Part shown: positions 1 to 10,405 of the stretch, piece after piece | Layout: every line of letters begins with the position of its first letter | Position numbering within the stretch: the first letter of the stretch is position 1 | Origin: Eubacteriales bacterium | Lineage (GTDB): Bacteria > Bacillota > JASUSC01 | Assembly: GCA_030446285.1 (NCBI GenBank) | Contig: JASUSC010000002.1 | Span: 1 to 63,279, forward strand | Direction of reading: 5' to 3' | DNA: 63,279 nucleotides | Program-made: the position numbers and the translations under genes | Notes under the pieces: model-generated | Databases searched by the model: none | Told to the model about the DNA's origin: nothing | What the model saw: only the letters and a program-made list of their open reading frames with translations

Positions 1-1325
1 TGGGCGGCCACCATACCGTGGATGTCGTCGGGAGTGGTCTCGGTGCTGACCAGAATTACTTTCTCCCCTTCATTGCCCATCTTCTCGGCCAGGTCAGCAT
101 CAAAAACTACCTTTCCGCATGCCGCACCGGGAGAAGCGGGCAGTCCCTTGCAGAGAACTTCAATTTTGGCGTTCGGGTCAATACGGCGGTGGAGGAGCTG
201 GTCCAGTTGCGCGGGCTCTACCCGCAAAATGGCCGTTTCCTTATCGATGAGCCCCTCCTTCACCATGTCTACGGCAATCTTGATAGCCGCTTGAGCCGTC
301 CGCTTACCGTTCCGGGTCTGGAGTATGTACAGCTTGCCGCGTTCAATGGTAAACTCGATGTCCTGCATATCTTTGTAGTGGCGCTCCAAAAGTTCGCAGA
401 CCTCTTCAAACTGCCGGTAAATGTCGGGCATTTCCTCTTTCAGCTTGGAAATGGGAGAAGGTGTACGGATACCCGCCACTACGTCCTCGCCCTGGGCATT
501 GATGAGGTACTCGCCGTAAATAACCTTCTCGCCCGTAGAGGGGTTGCGGGTGAAAGCTACGCCGGTACCGCAGTCGTTACCCATGTTGCCAAAGACCATG
601 GCCTGGATGTTAACTGCCGTACCTAAATGATCGGGAATGTTGTTGAGACGGCGGTAAACAATAGCCCGCTGGTTGTTCCAGGAGTTGAAGACCGCTTTGA
701 CCGCCATGAGGAGCTGCTCCATGGGATCCTGCGGGAAAGGCTTGCCGGTTTCGCGCTGCACCAGTTCCTTGTAACGGTCCACCACTTCCCGCAGAGCAGC
801 AGCGTCCAGATCGGTGTCCAGCTGGGCCCCAACCTTTTCTTTTACCGACTCTAAGATGTTCTCGAACTTGTAGTGGTCAATGCCCAGCACTACATCGCCA
901 AACATCTGAATGAAACGGCGGTAGCAGTCCATTACCCAGCGCTCGTTGCCGGAGTTCTTAATCAGCCCAGCCGCCGTTTCATCGTTGAGTCCCAGGTTGA
1001 GGATGGTATCCATCATCCCGGGCATGGAGAACATGGCGCCCGAACGCACGGAGAAGAGCAGGGGATTCTCCGGCGAGCCGAATTTCTTGCCCATCTTCTC
1101 CTCTACAGCAGCTAATTTTTCCTTAATTTCCTCAACCAGCCCTTCCGGCAGCTCTTTACCGCGGGCGTAGTACTCGTTGCAGGCCTCGGTGGTAATGGTC
1201 ATACCGAATGGCACAGGCAGACCGATGTTGGTCATCTCTGCCAGGTTGGCGCCTTTACCTCCCAGCAAGGCCCGCATATCAGCCCGGCCCTCGTTAAACA
1301 GGTACACGTACTTCTTCTTGCTCAT
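1..1325 (-). CDS. ppdK: pyruvate, phosphate dikinase, N-terminal ~441 aa (gene continues past window start)
   Basis: Open minus-strand frame from ATG (1325-1323) to the window edge. My translation [49 protein letters not shown] ... [19 protein letters not shown] fits the PPDK ATP-grasp and phospho-His regions. It is absent from the ORF track because it runs off the window. Confidence 0.9.
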   Translation of the reverse strand, partial: MSKKKYVYLFNEGRADMRALLGGKGANLAEMTNIGLPVPFGMTITTEACNEYYARGKELPEGLVEEIKEKLAAVEEKMGKKFGSPENPLLFSVRSGAMFSMPGMMDTILNLGLNDETAAGLIKNSGNERWVMDCYRRFIQMFGDVVLGIDHYKFENILESVKEKVGAQLDTDLDAAALREVVDRYKELVQRETGKPFPQDPMEQLLMAVKAVFNSWNNQRAIVYRRLNNIPDHLGTAVNIQAMVFGNMGNDCGTGVAFTRNPSTGEKVIYGEYLINAQGEDVVAGIRTPSPISKLKEEMPDIYRQFEEVCELLERHYKDMQDIEFTIERGKLYILQTRNGKRTAQAAIKIAVDMVKEGLIDKETAILRVEPAQLDQLLHRRIDPNAKIEVLCKGLPASPGAACGKVVFDADLAEKMGNEGEKVILVSTETTPDDIHGMVAA

Positions 1326-2164
1326 TATCCATCCCCCTTGTTTATAATTTCCAGCACAATGCTGGCTGTCTCCTCCACGGCCCGGTTGGTAACGTCAATG
1401 ATAGGACAACCTATGCGCCGCATTATGCTTTCAGCGTAATCCAATTCCTTGATTATCCTCTCCATGCTGGCATATTCGGCTCCTGATTTCAGATCCAAGG
1501 TTTTCAGCCGCTGGGTGCGGATCTCGTTCAACTGCTGGGGGCTGATGGTAAGGCCGATAACTTTTCGCGGTGGAAGCTGGAATAGCTCCTGCGGAGGCTC
1601 CACTTCCGGCACCAGCGGCACGTTGGCCGCTTTCACCTTCTTGTGAGCCAGGTACATGCAGAGGGGTGTCTTGGAAGTGCGGGAAACACCGATGATAACC
1701 ACGTCGGCCTGGAGAATCCCCCGCGGTTCCTTGCCGTCGTCATATTTTACGGCAAACTCCACCGCTTCCATCTTGTGAAAATATTCTTCGTCCAGCTTGT
1801 GCAGCAACCCCGGCTTGAGTTTGGGTGAATTTCCCATCACCTTTCCCAGAGCGTCCAGCATGGGACCCATGATGTCCACCGCCGGCACCCCGTGGACCCG
1901 CACCTCTGCCTCTAAGGCTTCTCTCAACTCCGGCAGCACCAGGGTGTAGGCGATGATTGCCCCTGCTTCTGCCGCCTGGTGAACAATATCGACGATGTAG
2001 TCGGGACTGTTAACGTAGGAAAATCGCCTTATCCGCACCCGTTCCGAGTTGTACTGGCTGGCCGCCGCCCGGGCGACGAACTCCGCCGTCTCCCCGATGG
2101 AATCGGACACTACGAATACCGTAGGGCGAAACTCTTTCCCCTTTTCCCCCGCTTGATTTGTCAT
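1325..2164 (-). CDS. yqfL: pyruvate, phosphate dikinase regulatory protein (PDRP, DUF299/YqfL family kinase-phosphotransferase)
   Basis: 279 aa; [18 protein letters not shown] and [16 protein letters not shown]-loop are typical of PDRP. Its TAA stop overlaps the ppdK ATG (TAATG). Confidence 0.88.
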   Translation of the reverse strand: MTNQAGEKGKEFRPTVFVVSDSIGETAEFVARAAASQYNSERVRIRRFSYVNSPDYIVDIVHQAAEAGAIIAYTLVLPELREALEAEVRVHGVPAVDIMGPMLDALGKVMGNSPKLKPGLLHKLDEEYFHKMEAVEFAVKYDDGKEPRGILQADVVIIGVSRTSKTPLCMYLAHKKVKAANVPLVPEVEPPQELFQLPPRKVIGLTISPQQLNEIRTQRLKTLDLKSGAEYASMERIIKELDYAESIMRRIGCPIIDVTNRAVEETASIVLEIINKGDG

Positions 2165-2173
2165 TCTAACTGT

Positions 2174-2809
2174 TTACTCTCCTTTACCCAGCTCCACGAA
2201 GAGCCTGGTGATATTGGTTTTGGTAATCCTTCCGACCACCCGCAGCTTTCCGGGCGGCCCGTCTGCGGGCTCTTCCACCACGGGCAGAGCATCTACCTCC
2301 TGGTAGACGAGCTTCTGAGCTGCCAGGTACACAGGATCATCGGGCGTGACGGTAATGATATTGGGCCTGCGCGTCATCACTACCCCGACTGGAATTTTCT
2401 GCAGGTCAGTCCTGCCAAGGGCTGCTTTCAGCAGATCCTTCCGGGAAACCACTCCTTCCAGGAAACCGCCTTCCTTGACAATGAAGAGGCTGCCTACGTC
2501 TTCCAAGAACATGGTCACAGCGGCATCGTAAACGGAAACGTTCTCTCCGACAACGATGGGTACGGACATTACTTCCCGCACAAGGATTTTGCGAATGCGT
2601 TCGGCCAGCAGGGTCCCCGGATTTTTGCCGGAGTAGAAGTAACCAACCCGCGGCCGGGCATCCAGAATACCGGCCATGGTGAGAATGGCCAGGTCGGGAC
2701 GGAGGGTAGCCCTGGTCAGTTGCAGTTTCTCCGCAATCTGCTCTCCCGTGATGGGCCCCTCGCGCTTGACTATTTCAATAATCTGTTCCTGGCGCCTGGT
2801 CAGCTCAAT
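2174..2809 (-). CDS. ccpN: CcpN-like transcriptional repressor (N-terminal HTH + two CBS domains)
   Basis: Frame is open back to a TGA at 2818-2816. IELTRRQEQIIEIVKREGPITGEQIAEKLQLTRATLRPDLAILTMAGILDARPRVGYFY aligns with the N-terminus of B. subtilis CcpN. The only start candidates before the HTH are ATT (2809) or CTG (2803), after the RBS GAAGGGGGTGA. The track ORF (ATG at 2677) would delete the HTH. Confidence 0.8.
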   Translation of the reverse strand: MELTRRQEQIIEIVKREGPITGEQIAEKLQLTRATLRPDLAILTMAGILDARPRVGYFYSGKNPGTLLAERIRKILVREVMSVPIVVGENVSVYDAAVTMFLEDVGSLFIVKEGGFLEGVVSRKDLLKAALGRTDLQKIPVGVVMTRRPNIITVTPDDPVYLAAQKLVYQEVDALPVVEEPADGPPGKLRVVGRITKTNITRLFVELGKGE

Positions 2810-2929
2810 AAGGGGTCACCCCCTTCTAAAATTGTGTCATACTAAATCCCGCTTTGATAAAAATAATATACTATTTTTCTCGGCAAAGTCCTGCTAATTT
2901 CTAAATTTTTTCCGTGATTAAATCCGTGA

Positions 2930-5035
2930 TTAAACTTGGAGCAAACCCGGATCGGCCACCTGGGCCAGGTAATCCCTTATCTCCCGCAGCAGGCGCAGGC
3001 GGTTGTTTTTGACCTCCTCGTCTTCAATCATCACCATCACCTGCTCGAAGAAGTTGTCGATCACCGGCTTCACTGCCGCCGCCCGGGCGAGAAACTCGCC
3101 GTAAGCCCCCTGTTGCAGGAGGGCATCTCCCTCCTGCCGGAGCAGGTTATAGGCCTGGTACAGCTCTTCCTCAGCCTGTTCCTGGAAGAGAGACGGATTT
3201 ACTTCTCCTCCCGCCGGTGCTTTTTTCGCCAAGTTGTTCGCCCGGGTGTAAGCGGTATGGAGGTCGACACAGGCCTCCGTCTTCCTGAACTCCTCCACGG
3301 CGGCAAGCCGTTTCCGCACTTCTCTTAAGCGGTCAAACCCGGCCGCCAGCACTGCGTCAATGCTGTCATAGGCAAACCCTTCCTCCAGCAGCAGATTACG
3401 CAGTCTGGCCCGGAAGAATTCCAGGAGCTGGGAAATAATTTCCTCTTCCGGCGCCACCATGGCCACCTTCTGCCGGTAACCGGCCAGAGCCTGCTCCAAG
3501 AGCCAGCGCAGGGACAGTTCTTTCTCCCAGGAAGAGAGGATGTGGATTATCCCTAAGGCCTGCCGGCGCAGGGCATAGGGGTCCTGGGACCCGGTGGGCT
3601 GAATGCCGATGGCAAAACAACCCGCTAAGGTATCGGCCTTGTCGGCCACGCTGAGGATTCTTCCTATATCACTGGCCGGCAATTCGTCGTCGGCAAAACG
3701 CGGCAGATAGTGTTCGAAGATGGCCCGGGCCACTTCCTCTTTTTCTCCCTGGCGCAGAGCGTACTCCCGGCCCATGATCCCCTGCAGTTCCGGGAATTCG
3801 TAAACCATATTGGTCACCAGGTCGGCCTTGGCCAGCCGGGCCGCCCGCACCAGGTCTTCCCGGCTGCCGCCGTCTCCACCACCGAGATGGTCGAAAATGG
3901 CAGAGGCCAACCGCTCCAACCGTTCCACTTTTTCGTAAAGAGTGCCCAATTTCTCCTGGAAAACAATTTTCTTCAACTTCTCCAGTCCGGCAATGAGGGG
4001 CTGTTTCAGGTCCTCCTCGAAGAAGAAGCGGGCATCGCTGAGCCGGGCCCGGAGGACCTTCTCGTTCCCCTCACGGACGATATCCAAATAACGGTCGTCA
4101 CCGTTGCGCAAGGCAATAAAACGGTTGAGAAGCCGCCCCGTTTCATCCCGAACCGGGAAATAACGCTGATGCTCCCGCATGGGAGTAATAATTACTTCCT
4201 CCGGCAGAGCCAGAAACTCTTCCGCAAAGGTGCCGCACAGGGCAGTAGGATATTCCAGCAGGTGAGCATTTTCTTCCAAGAGTTCCGGATCCTCATCAAC
4301 CCGGCCGCCGTAACGGGCCGCCGTCTCTTGCACCTGCCGCCAGATTTCCCGCTTCCGTTCTTCCTGGTCAACAATGACGTAATTCTCCCGCATCACCCGG
4401 AAGTAATGGTCGGGGTCTCTGACTTCAATGGGGCCGGAACTCAGGAAGCGGTGACCGTAAGTCACCCGCCCGGAACGGAGGAAACCATCCCCGGCCGGCG
4501 CACCCTCTAATTCAAAAGGCACTACCTCCTCGCCAAAGAGGGCGAGAAGCCAGCGGATGGGGCGGGCAAAGCGCATCTCGCCGTAGCCCCAGCGCATGGG
4601 TTTGGGAAAACTAAGACTCCTAATAAAGCGCAGGCAGAAATCGGGCAGCACTTCCATAGTCGGACGTCCTGGCTCATCCTTGACGGCAAAGACGTACTCT
4701 CCCTGCTCTATCTGGCGTACCACTAAGTCCTCCACCCGCACCCCCTGGCTGCGGGCGAAACCTTCCGCCGCTTTAGTTGGCCTCCCTTCGGCGTCAAAAG
4801 CCGCCTTGCGCGCCGGTCCCCTCACCTCAATCCGCTGGCCCCGCTGTTCTTCGGCCAGACCTTTTATGTAAAGCACCAGCCGCCGCGGCGTCCCGTAAGT
4901 GCAGATTTCCTCTTTATCCAGTCTGAGTTCGCTTAAGAGAGCCTCCGCTACTTCCCGCATTTGCTGCAGAGCCGGTTCCATAAAGCGGGCCGGTATCTCT
5001 TCCGTACCTATTTCCAGCAAAAAGTCCCGTTTCAC
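2930..5035 (-). CDS. glyS: glycine--tRNA ligase beta subunit
   Basis: [18 protein letters not shown]-terminus typical of GlyS. A GTG start at 5035 overlaps the glyQ TGA (GTGA), indicating translational coupling. The longer track ORF (to 5104) overlaps glyQ by 73 nt. Confidence 0.93.
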   Translation of the reverse strand: MKRDFLLEIGTEEIPARFMEPALQQMREVAEALLSELRLDKEEICTYGTPRRLVLYIKGLAEEQRGQRIEVRGPARKAAFDAEGRPTKAAEGFARSQGVRVEDLVVRQIEQGEYVFAVKDEPGRPTMEVLPDFCLRFIRSLSFPKPMRWGYGEMRFARPIRWLLALFGEEVVPFELEGAPAGDGFLRSGRVTYGHRFLSSGPIEVRDPDHYFRVMRENYVIVDQEERKREIWRQVQETAARYGGRVDEDPELLEENAHLLEYPTALCGTFAEEFLALPEEVIITPMREHQRYFPVRDETGRLLNRFIALRNGDDRYLDIVREGNEKVLRARLSDARFFFEEDLKQPLIAGLEKLKKIVFQEKLGTLYEKVERLERLASAIFDHLGGGDGGSREDLVRAARLAKADLVTNMVYEFPELQGIMGREYALRQGEKEEVARAIFEHYLPRFADDELPASDIGRILSVADKADTLAGCFAIGIQPTGSQDPYALRRQALGIIHILSSWEKELSLRWLLEQALAGYRQKVAMVAPEEEIISQLLEFFRARLRNLLLEEGFAYDSIDAVLAAGFDRLREVRKRLAAVEEFRKTEACVDLHTAYTRANNLAKKAPAGGEVNPSLFQEQAEEELYQAYNLLRQEGDALLQQGAYGEFLARAAAVKPVIDNFFEQVMVMIEDEEVKNNRLRLLREIRDYLAQVADPGLLQV

Positions 5036-5934
5036 CCGTTCTCCCTCCTCTTCAGCAGGGGAAATCCCATTTCCTCCCGCTGCTTGACGTATGCCTCGGC
5101 ACAAAGGCGAGCCATCTTGCGCACTCGCAGGATGTAGCTGGTCCGCTCGGTAACGCTAATGGCACCCCTGGCGTCCAGCAGGTTGAAGGTGTGGGAGCAC
5201 TTGAGTACGTAGTCGTAAGCCGGCAGCACCAGCCCTTTTTCAATCACCCGCAGGGCTTCCTTCTCGTACATGTTGAAAAGCTGGAAGAGCATCTCCGTAT
5301 CCGCCACTTCAAAGTTGTAATGGGAATGTTCCACCTCACCCCGGTGATGAACGTCGCCGTAGGTAATCCCGTCCACCCAGATGATGTCAAAGACGCTGTC
5401 CTTCTTTTGCAGGAACATGGCAATCCGTTCCAGACCGTAGGTTATCTCGGCACAGACGGGACGGCAGTCCAGACCCCCGCACTGCTGGAAATAGGTGAAC
5501 TGGGTGATCTCCATCCCGTCCAGCCAGACCTCCCAACCCAGTCCCCAAGCACCCAGGGTGGGCGACTCCCAGTTATCCTCGACAAAGCGGATGTCGTGCT
5601 GCTCTGGGTCAATACCGATGGCCCGCAGACTGTCCAAGTAGACCTCCAGGACGTCGTCGGGCGAAGGTTTGAGAATCACCTGATACTGGTAGTAGTGCTG
5701 CAGGCGGTTGGGGTTTTCCCCGTAGCGGCCGTCGGTAGGCCGCCGGGAAGGCTCCACATAAGCAACCCGCCAGGGCTCCGGTCCTAAAGCCCGGAGGAAA
5801 GTAGCCGGGTTCATAGTACCGGCTCCTTTTTCGATATCGTAAGGCTGCTGGATAATGCAGTTGCGCTCAGACCAGAACTTATCCAGGGCTAAAATCAAGT
5901 CCTGAAAAGTCCGGGGAACGTTGTTTTCCGCCAC
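5032..5934 (-). CDS. glyQ: glycine--tRNA ligase alpha subunit
   Basis: [12 protein letters not shown]...[12 protein letters not shown]...[19 protein letters not shown] is canonical GlyQ. The RBS AGGAGGG sits 7 nt before GTG at 5934; the upstream ATG at 5952 is an alternative start. Confidence 0.92.
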   Translation of the reverse strand: MAENNVPRTFQDLILALDKFWSERNCIIQQPYDIEKGAGTMNPATFLRALGPEPWRVAYVEPSRRPTDGRYGENPNRLQHYYQYQVILKPSPDDVLEVYLDSLRAIGIDPEQHDIRFVEDNWESPTLGAWGLGWEVWLDGMEITQFTYFQQCGGLDCRPVCAEITYGLERIAMFLQKKDSVFDIIWVDGITYGDVHHRGEVEHSHYNFEVADTEMLFQLFNMYEKEALRVIEKGLVLPAYDYVLKCSHTFNLLDARGAISVTERTSYILRVRKMARLCAEAYVKQREEMGFPLLKRRENG

Positions 5935-5967
5935 CAAGCATCCCTCCTGCATTTTCTTGCCATTAAT

Positions 5968-6210
5968 TAAAAAACCCGTCCCGGCTTACGCCAGGGACGG
6001 GTATCCTTACCCGCGGTTCCACCCTGCTTGGCCTCCCGTCCTTTTGCAGGAGACCCCCTTTTTTCTTGGGGCTTTACTCACCGGCCGAACCGACCGGTTT
6101 TCCTCCCCGGCTCTGGAGGGCCTTTCCCCTTCCTTCCGCCACCGGGCTCCCACCATCCCCGGCTCGCTTGAGGTTTCCGGAGGGTACTTCTCTCCTTCCT
6201 CGCCACGCAG
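5968..6210 (-). promoter_or_regulatory. T-box leader (tRNA-Gly sensing) with intrinsic terminator upstream of glyQS
   Basis: Minus strand reads ...AGGGTGGAACCGCGGGTAAGGATACCCGTCCCTGGCGTAAGCCGGGACGGGTTTTTT: the T-box motif GGGTGGAACCGCG (6010-6024) followed by a terminator stem (5974-6000) and T-run. Stem I elements GGAGAGAAGTA and AGCGAGCC..GGTGGGAGC are upstream. A GGC triplet in GAAAGGCC is a candidate specifier. Confidence 0.85.
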
Positions 6211-6281
6211 TATATAAATTTTAAAAATAGCCACCAGACCTTCGCCGGCAACTATTACTTCCAAGTCTATCAAAAAAAAGA

Positions 6282-6758
6282 CTAAAAGTCAACGCGGCCG
6301 TTGTCCTTCCGGGCAGCAGGCAACTCCTTCTTCTCCGCTGCAGCAGGTAACTCTTCGGCCGTCTTCTCTCTATCGTTCCCGCCTTCTTCCTCCACTTCCA
6401 GGCGGACGTCGCTGGCCATGGCCGCAATGGCCCCCAAGCCTCCTAACACGGCCAGCTCCGGGACCAGCAGCATCCCCACCAGTCCCAGGGCCCCGGCCCC
6501 AACTGGGATTTCCGCTAAGGTCCGGTCCCCTTTCTTCACCCGCAGCCGCCGCTTCTGTCCTTCCGCCACAAAGGTCTTCAGCTTACCGACAACTTCTCTT
6601 CCCTTCTGCTCCCACCGGCCGGCCGCCCGCTGCTCCTCTTCTAAGTTGATGAGAGCCTGGACCACGTCCCCGTCCGCTTCCCACAGGGCCTCCCTGGCTT
6701 CACGGTAAGAAACTCCCATCCGCTCCCGGATCAAGTCTATTTTCTCCAATTCTTCCAT
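6282..6758 (-). CDS. DUF4342-like protein with UBA/EF-Ts-N-like N-terminal domain
   Basis: 158 aa; N-terminus EKIDLIRERMGVSYREAREALWEADGDVVQALINLEEE resembles a UBA-like fold, and the central part is Gly/Ala-rich and hydrophobic. Family assignment is from memory of similar proteins. Confidence 0.55.
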   Translation of the reverse strand: MEELEKIDLIRERMGVSYREAREALWEADGDVVQALINLEEEQRAAGRWEQKGREVVGKLKTFVAEGQKRRLRVKKGDRTLAEIPVGAGALGLVGMLLVPELAVLGGLGAIAAMASDVRLEVEEEGGNDREKTAEELPAAAEKKELPAARKDNGRVDF

Positions 6759-6776
6759 CTCCGTCCCTCCTGTCCG

Positions 6777-7547
6777 TCAGCGTTCTTTCCGTCCGCGCGG
6801 CGGTTTTTCCACTAAGGCCAGCACCCGCCGGCTTTTAATGCGCCGCTCCAGCCGCTGGCCGATGTATTCCTCCATAATTTCTTTCACTTCCTCCCCCGCC
6901 GCCGGGCTGTAAGGTACCCGGCCTAACCTGCCGGGCTCCGTGCGGAACAACAACCGCAAAAGCCTCAGCGCCGCCGGACTTATCGGTCGGGCCTGCGCAT
7001 CGCCGCGCCGGCATTCTCCGTCCAGGACCCCGCCTAAGACAGGGCTAAAATACACCTCTCCCTTCACCGGCCGGCCGCAGCTGGCACACCTCTCTAACAT
7101 AGGCTGATACCCCTCTATTTTCATCAGTTTAGCCTCGAAAAAACGCGCCACCAGCGACGGAGGAACCTCTCCCTTTTCCAGCAGTCCTAAGCAGTAGAGA
7201 AAAAGCTGAAAAAGAGCGGGCTGGCCGTAGCCGGGCTCTGTCCACTGGTCGAGCAACTCCGCTATGTAAGTGGCGTAAAGGAGACGGGGCAGGTCCCCTT
7301 TTAGATGAGAGTAACTTTCCTTTGCTTCGCACTGCTCCACATGATAATACCCTTTGCTTTCCCTAATTAAAAAAAGGCCGTAGTTTAAAAGCTGAACTCC
7401 GCCCCTTTTGGTGCTGTTGGGCTTGCGGCACCCCCAGGCAATGGCCTCAATTTTGCCCCGGTCCGGAGCGTAAAGGTGGAGCAACAAGTCCCCTTCGCCG
7501 TATTTGCTTGTCCTGATAACCACCGCTTCCACCGTAAAAGTCCGCAT
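6777..7547 (-). CDS. recO: DNA repair protein RecO
   Basis: 256 aa; N-terminal OB-fold segment AVVIRTSKYGEGDLLLHLYAPDRGKIEAIAWG and zinc motif CASCGRP...CRRGD. Synteny with yqzL and glyQS matches Bacillus. Confidence 0.9.
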   Translation of the reverse strand: MRTFTVEAVVIRTSKYGEGDLLLHLYAPDRGKIEAIAWGCRKPNSTKRGGVQLLNYGLFLIRESKGYYHVEQCEAKESYSHLKGDLPRLLYATYIAELLDQWTEPGYGQPALFQLFLYCLGLLEKGEVPPSLVARFFEAKLMKIEGYQPMLERCASCGRPVKGEVYFSPVLGGVLDGECRRGDAQARPISPAALRLLRLLFRTEPGRLGRVPYSPAAGEEVKEIMEEYIGQRLERRIKSRRVLALVEKPPRGRKER

Positions 7548-7647
7548 CTTTTTTCCCTCGTTTCCTCTTGTAGGCTGCTTTACCTATATTGTATCCCACC
7601 CGCTCCTGTTTTGCGACTGTCCCCGCAAGGTAAAAAAGGGAAAAAAC

Positions 7648-7788
7648 CTACCCGCTGTGCTGACTTACGGCTTTTTCCCTTTCCTCATCGGAACTCTCTT
7701 TACACCGGCGGTAGAGAAGATAAACCCCAATGTGCCCGGTACGGGCAAACATGTTCCATAATATATCGCACACGTTTTCTGAAGCCAT
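7648..7788 (-). CDS. yqzL: YqzL-family small protein (46 aa), not in ORF track
   Basis: My translation is MASENVCDILWNMFARTGHIGVYLLYRRCKESSDEEREKAVSQHSG. The RBS GAAGGG is 9 nt upstream. The W..F..TG.I..YLLY pattern and the position just upstream of recO match B. subtilis yqzL. Confidence 0.6.
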   Translation of the reverse strand: MASENVCDILWNMFARTGHIGVYLLYRRCKESSDEEREKAVSQHSG

Positions 7789-7904
7789 CCCGGTCATCCC
7801 TTCTCAAGCCTGAAAAATCACCTGGCAGTAAATAATATGTCCGGGAACAAAAACAGCTTATTCGGTTTATAATTTTCCAAATGGAAAACCATACTGCGTT
7901 CTCG

Positions 7905-7938
7905 ATAACAAAAAACCCCTGCACCCTACACAGGGGTT
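7905..7938 (-). terminator. intrinsic terminator after the single-domain response regulator
   Basis: AACCCCTG-TGTAGGGTG-CAGGGGTT followed by TTTTTGTTAT on the minus strand, immediately after the stop at 7941. Confidence 0.8.
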
Positions 7939-7940
7939 TC

Positions 7941-8294
7941 TTACACCGCTCTTAGTATTGTCCGCACGTCGTTTAAATCGAAGGGCTTGCGGAGGAAACG
8001 GCTGAAGCCGATATTCCGTGCCCGGTCCAGGAAGGACTCGTCCGTGTAAGCGCTCATGAGCACTACGCAAGCATCTATGCCCTCTTCTTTGATTTTACTC
8101 AGGGCCTCCACCCCGTCCATTACCGGCATGCGAATATCGAGGAAAATCAGTTCCGGCCGGTACTTCTTCGCCTTTTCCACCGCTTCCTTGCCGTTGGCAG
8201 CCAGCACCGGCTCTAAGCCGCTCTCCCGGATGATGGTGTCCAGCAAAAATCGGATTCCCGCCTGATCGTCTGCCACGAGAACGTATTTTGTCAT
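7941..8294 (-). CDS. single-domain response regulator (Spo0F-like receiver)
   Basis: 117 aa receiver only: VLVADDQAGIRFLL, LIFLDIRMPVMDG, VVLMSAY and RKPF closely parallel B. subtilis Spo0F (DDQYGIR, LLDMKIPGMDG, IMTAYG, KPF). Confidence 0.8.
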   Translation of the reverse strand: MTKYVLVADDQAGIRFLLDTIIRESGLEPVLAANGKEAVEKAKKYRPELIFLDIRMPVMDGVEALSKIKEEGIDACVVLMSAYTDESFLDRARNIGFSRFLRKPFDLNDVRTILRAV

Positions 8295-8408
8295 CGCTTG
8301 TCTCCTCTGCCTGCAAAATTTTACAGAAAAACCTTTTCTTTTCCGGTTAATAAAAAAATTCGCGGTCGAAATCTGTTTTCCTGTGGTACCAGAAAAAATA
8401 TTTTTCGA

Positions 8409-9563
8409 CTAATTACGACCTTTTTCGTCATTTTTTGCAGCAAAAACCTGTTTTCCCCGGAGGTAAACCGCGTCAATCTTCGTCTTAAGGTCAAAAATAT
8501 TTCCGGAAGTTATCACTAAGTCAGCCGCCTTCCCCGGAGCCAGGGTTCCCGTCTCCTGCTCTATTCCTAAAATTTCCGCCGCATTTTTCGTCAAGGCCGC
8601 CAGGGCCGCTTCCTCCGGCAGCCCCGCCCGGCAGGCTAAAGCCGCCGCCAAAGGCAGATAGTGTACCGGTACCACCGGGTGGTCGGTCATAAAGGCAAAC
8701 TTCACCCCCGCCTGCCAGAGCACGGCCGCCGTCGCCGGGGTCAAATCCTTCATCTCCACCTTGGCCCGGTTGACCAGGACCGGCCCCACCACCACCGGGA
8801 CGTTCTTCTCCGCCAGGAGGGGGGCTATCTTGTGGGCCTCCGTACCGTGCTCGATGACCAGCTTAAGCCCGAACTCTTCCCCTATCCGCACCGCCGTCAT
8901 GATATCGTCGGCCCGGTGAGCATGAACCCGTAGGGGTATTTCCCCTTCCAGGACCGGCTGCAATGCTTCCAACCGCAAGTCCTTTTCTTTGTTTTTCTTC
9001 CTCCGGTAGTTTTCTGCCCGCACCAAAAGCTCGCGCAGCAGGGCCGCCGTGGCCATGCGCGTGGCCGGCATGCGGTTTTTGCCGCCGTGGATGCGCTTGG
9101 GGTTTTCCCCGAAGGCCGCCTTCAGCCCAGCCGGGTGCTTAACCAGCATCTCCTCCACCGTCCGGCCGTGAGTACGCAAAACCGCCCCCTGGCCACCCAC
9201 CACATTGGCACTGCCGGGAAGGACACAGACGGCCGTCACTCCTGCCTTTAAAGCATCGGCAAAGGCTAAGTCCTCCGGGTTGACCCCGTCTATCACCCGC
9301 AGGTGGGGCGTGATGGGGTCGGTAGCCTCGTTGAGGTCATCCCCTTCCACCCGGTAGATTTCCTCCAAAAGGCCAGCGTGGCAGTGGGCATCGATGAGGC
9401 CGGGGTAAACATTTTTGCCCGCGAGATCAACAATTTCCGCCCCTTCCGGAATCCTCAGCCTTTTCCCCACCGCTTTTATCTTTTCGCCTTCGATAAGAAC
9501 GGTACCGCCAACAACGACTCTGCCGTCGCCGGTGTAGATGTTGCCGTTAATCAGGGCCAGCAC
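8409..9563 (-). CDS. amidohydrolase family metal-dependent hydrolase
   Basis: 384 aa; N-terminal PGLIDAHCHAG (HxH metal motif), central VHAHRADD, C-terminal GTLAPGKAADLV are typical of the amidohydrolase superfamily. Substrate unknown. Confidence 0.8.
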   Translation of the reverse strand: MLALINGNIYTGDGRVVVGGTVLIEGEKIKAVGKRLRIPEGAEIVDLAGKNVYPGLIDAHCHAGLLEEIYRVEGDDLNEATDPITPHLRVIDGVNPEDLAFADALKAGVTAVCVLPGSANVVGGQGAVLRTHGRTVEEMLVKHPAGLKAAFGENPKRIHGGKNRMPATRMATAALLRELLVRAENYRRKKNKEKDLRLEALQPVLEGEIPLRVHAHRADDIMTAVRIGEEFGLKLVIEHGTEAHKIAPLLAEKNVPVVVGPVLVNRAKVEMKDLTPATAAVLWQAGVKFAFMTDHPVVPVHYLPLAAALACRAGLPEEAALAALTKNAAEILGIEQETGTLAPGKAADLVITSGNIFDLKTKIDAVYLRGKQVFAAKNDEKGRN

Positions 9564-9578
9564 TGCTCAGCGCCTCCT

Positions 9579-10385
9579 TTACCTCTCCGCACCGCCTCCG
9601 CCGGAATCGCCCCCGCCGAAACCGCCGCCAAATCCCCCGCCGCCGAACCCGCCTCCGCCGAAGCCACCGCCACCGCGGAAGCGGCCGGCAGAGAGGAGGG
9701 AAATGATGAACCACGTCATGGCGCCGCCGAAAAAGAAAAAGTCAACGAGCAGAAAGAGCACCACGCCCGCCGTAAAAAGAAGGGCCTTCCAGCCGGAGAG
9801 CACGACAACACCGGTCTGCTCTCTCCCTCCGGGAGTCTCGCCCGGCAAAGCAGCTATATCCACCCCGTACTCGGCGGCCACCTCCTTCACCACCGCGCGA
9901 TAGGTGGCCGTAAGACCCTCGCCGTACTCACCGCGGGCAAAAGCGGGCAGGGCCATCTCATCGAGGATACGCCCCACCTTCCCGTCCGGCAGGGCCCCTT
10001 CTAAACCGTAACCCACGTGAATCCGGATCCGCCCCCGCCGGTTCTGCTCGATGTTATCCCGCACCGCTAAGATGAGAACGCCGTTGTTCTCCTCCTTCTG
10101 CCCTATTCCCCAGGCGCGGAAGAGGCTCTGGGCATAGTCGAAAATCTCCTGCCCCTCTAAAGAAGGGATGGTCACCAGTACCACTTGGGCCCCGGTTTTC
10201 TCCTCCAAGGCACTCCCCAAGCGGAGGACTTCCTCTTCCTCTTCCGGAGTGAGCATCTCGGCATAATCCTGGACGTAGATATCCGTCTGGGGCGGCGGTG
10301 GGAGTTTTATCTCTCCCGCCGCGGGAAGGAAAAGAGAAAAAAAGAGGGCCAGCACCAGCCCTATCAGGGCAACCGTCCGCTTCAT
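9579..10385 (-). CDS. TPM-domain protein (YgcG-like) with C-terminal TM helix and Gly-Phe repeat tail
   Basis: 268 aa; signal/TM N-terminus, TPM-like core (YVQDYAEMLTPEEEE...VVLVTIPSLEG...ILAVRD), a TM segment, then the tail GGGGFGGGGFGGGGFGGGFGGGDSGGGG. Confidence 0.8.
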   Translation of the reverse strand: MKRTVALIGLVLALFFSLFLPAAGEIKLPPPPQTDIYVQDYAEMLTPEEEEEVLRLGSALEEKTGAQVVLVTIPSLEGQEIFDYAQSLFRAWGIGQKEENNGVLILAVRDNIEQNRRGRIRIHVGYGLEGALPDGKVGRILDEMALPAFARGEYGEGLTATYRAVVKEVAAEYGVDIAALPGETPGGREQTGVVVLSGWKALLFTAGVVLFLLVDFFFFGGAMTWFIISLLSAGRFRGGGGFGGGGFGGGGFGGGFGGGDSGGGGAER

Positions 10386-10405
10386 CCGGCCCTCCCCCTT
10401 TCCCG

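Noticed and set aside
6209-6237. Possible glyQS promoter (TATACT -10).
   Set aside because: No acceptable -35 sits at 16-18 nt (CTGGTG), so I did not call a promoter. The T-box itself is well supported.
9579-9700. Tandem repeat that looks like a low-complexity or CRISPR-like periodicity (ccgccgccgaa units).
   Set aside because: It is simply the coding sequence of the GGGGF repeat tail of the TPM protein. There are no spacers and no cas genes. No CRISPR array, tRNA or rRNA gene was recognised anywhere in the window.
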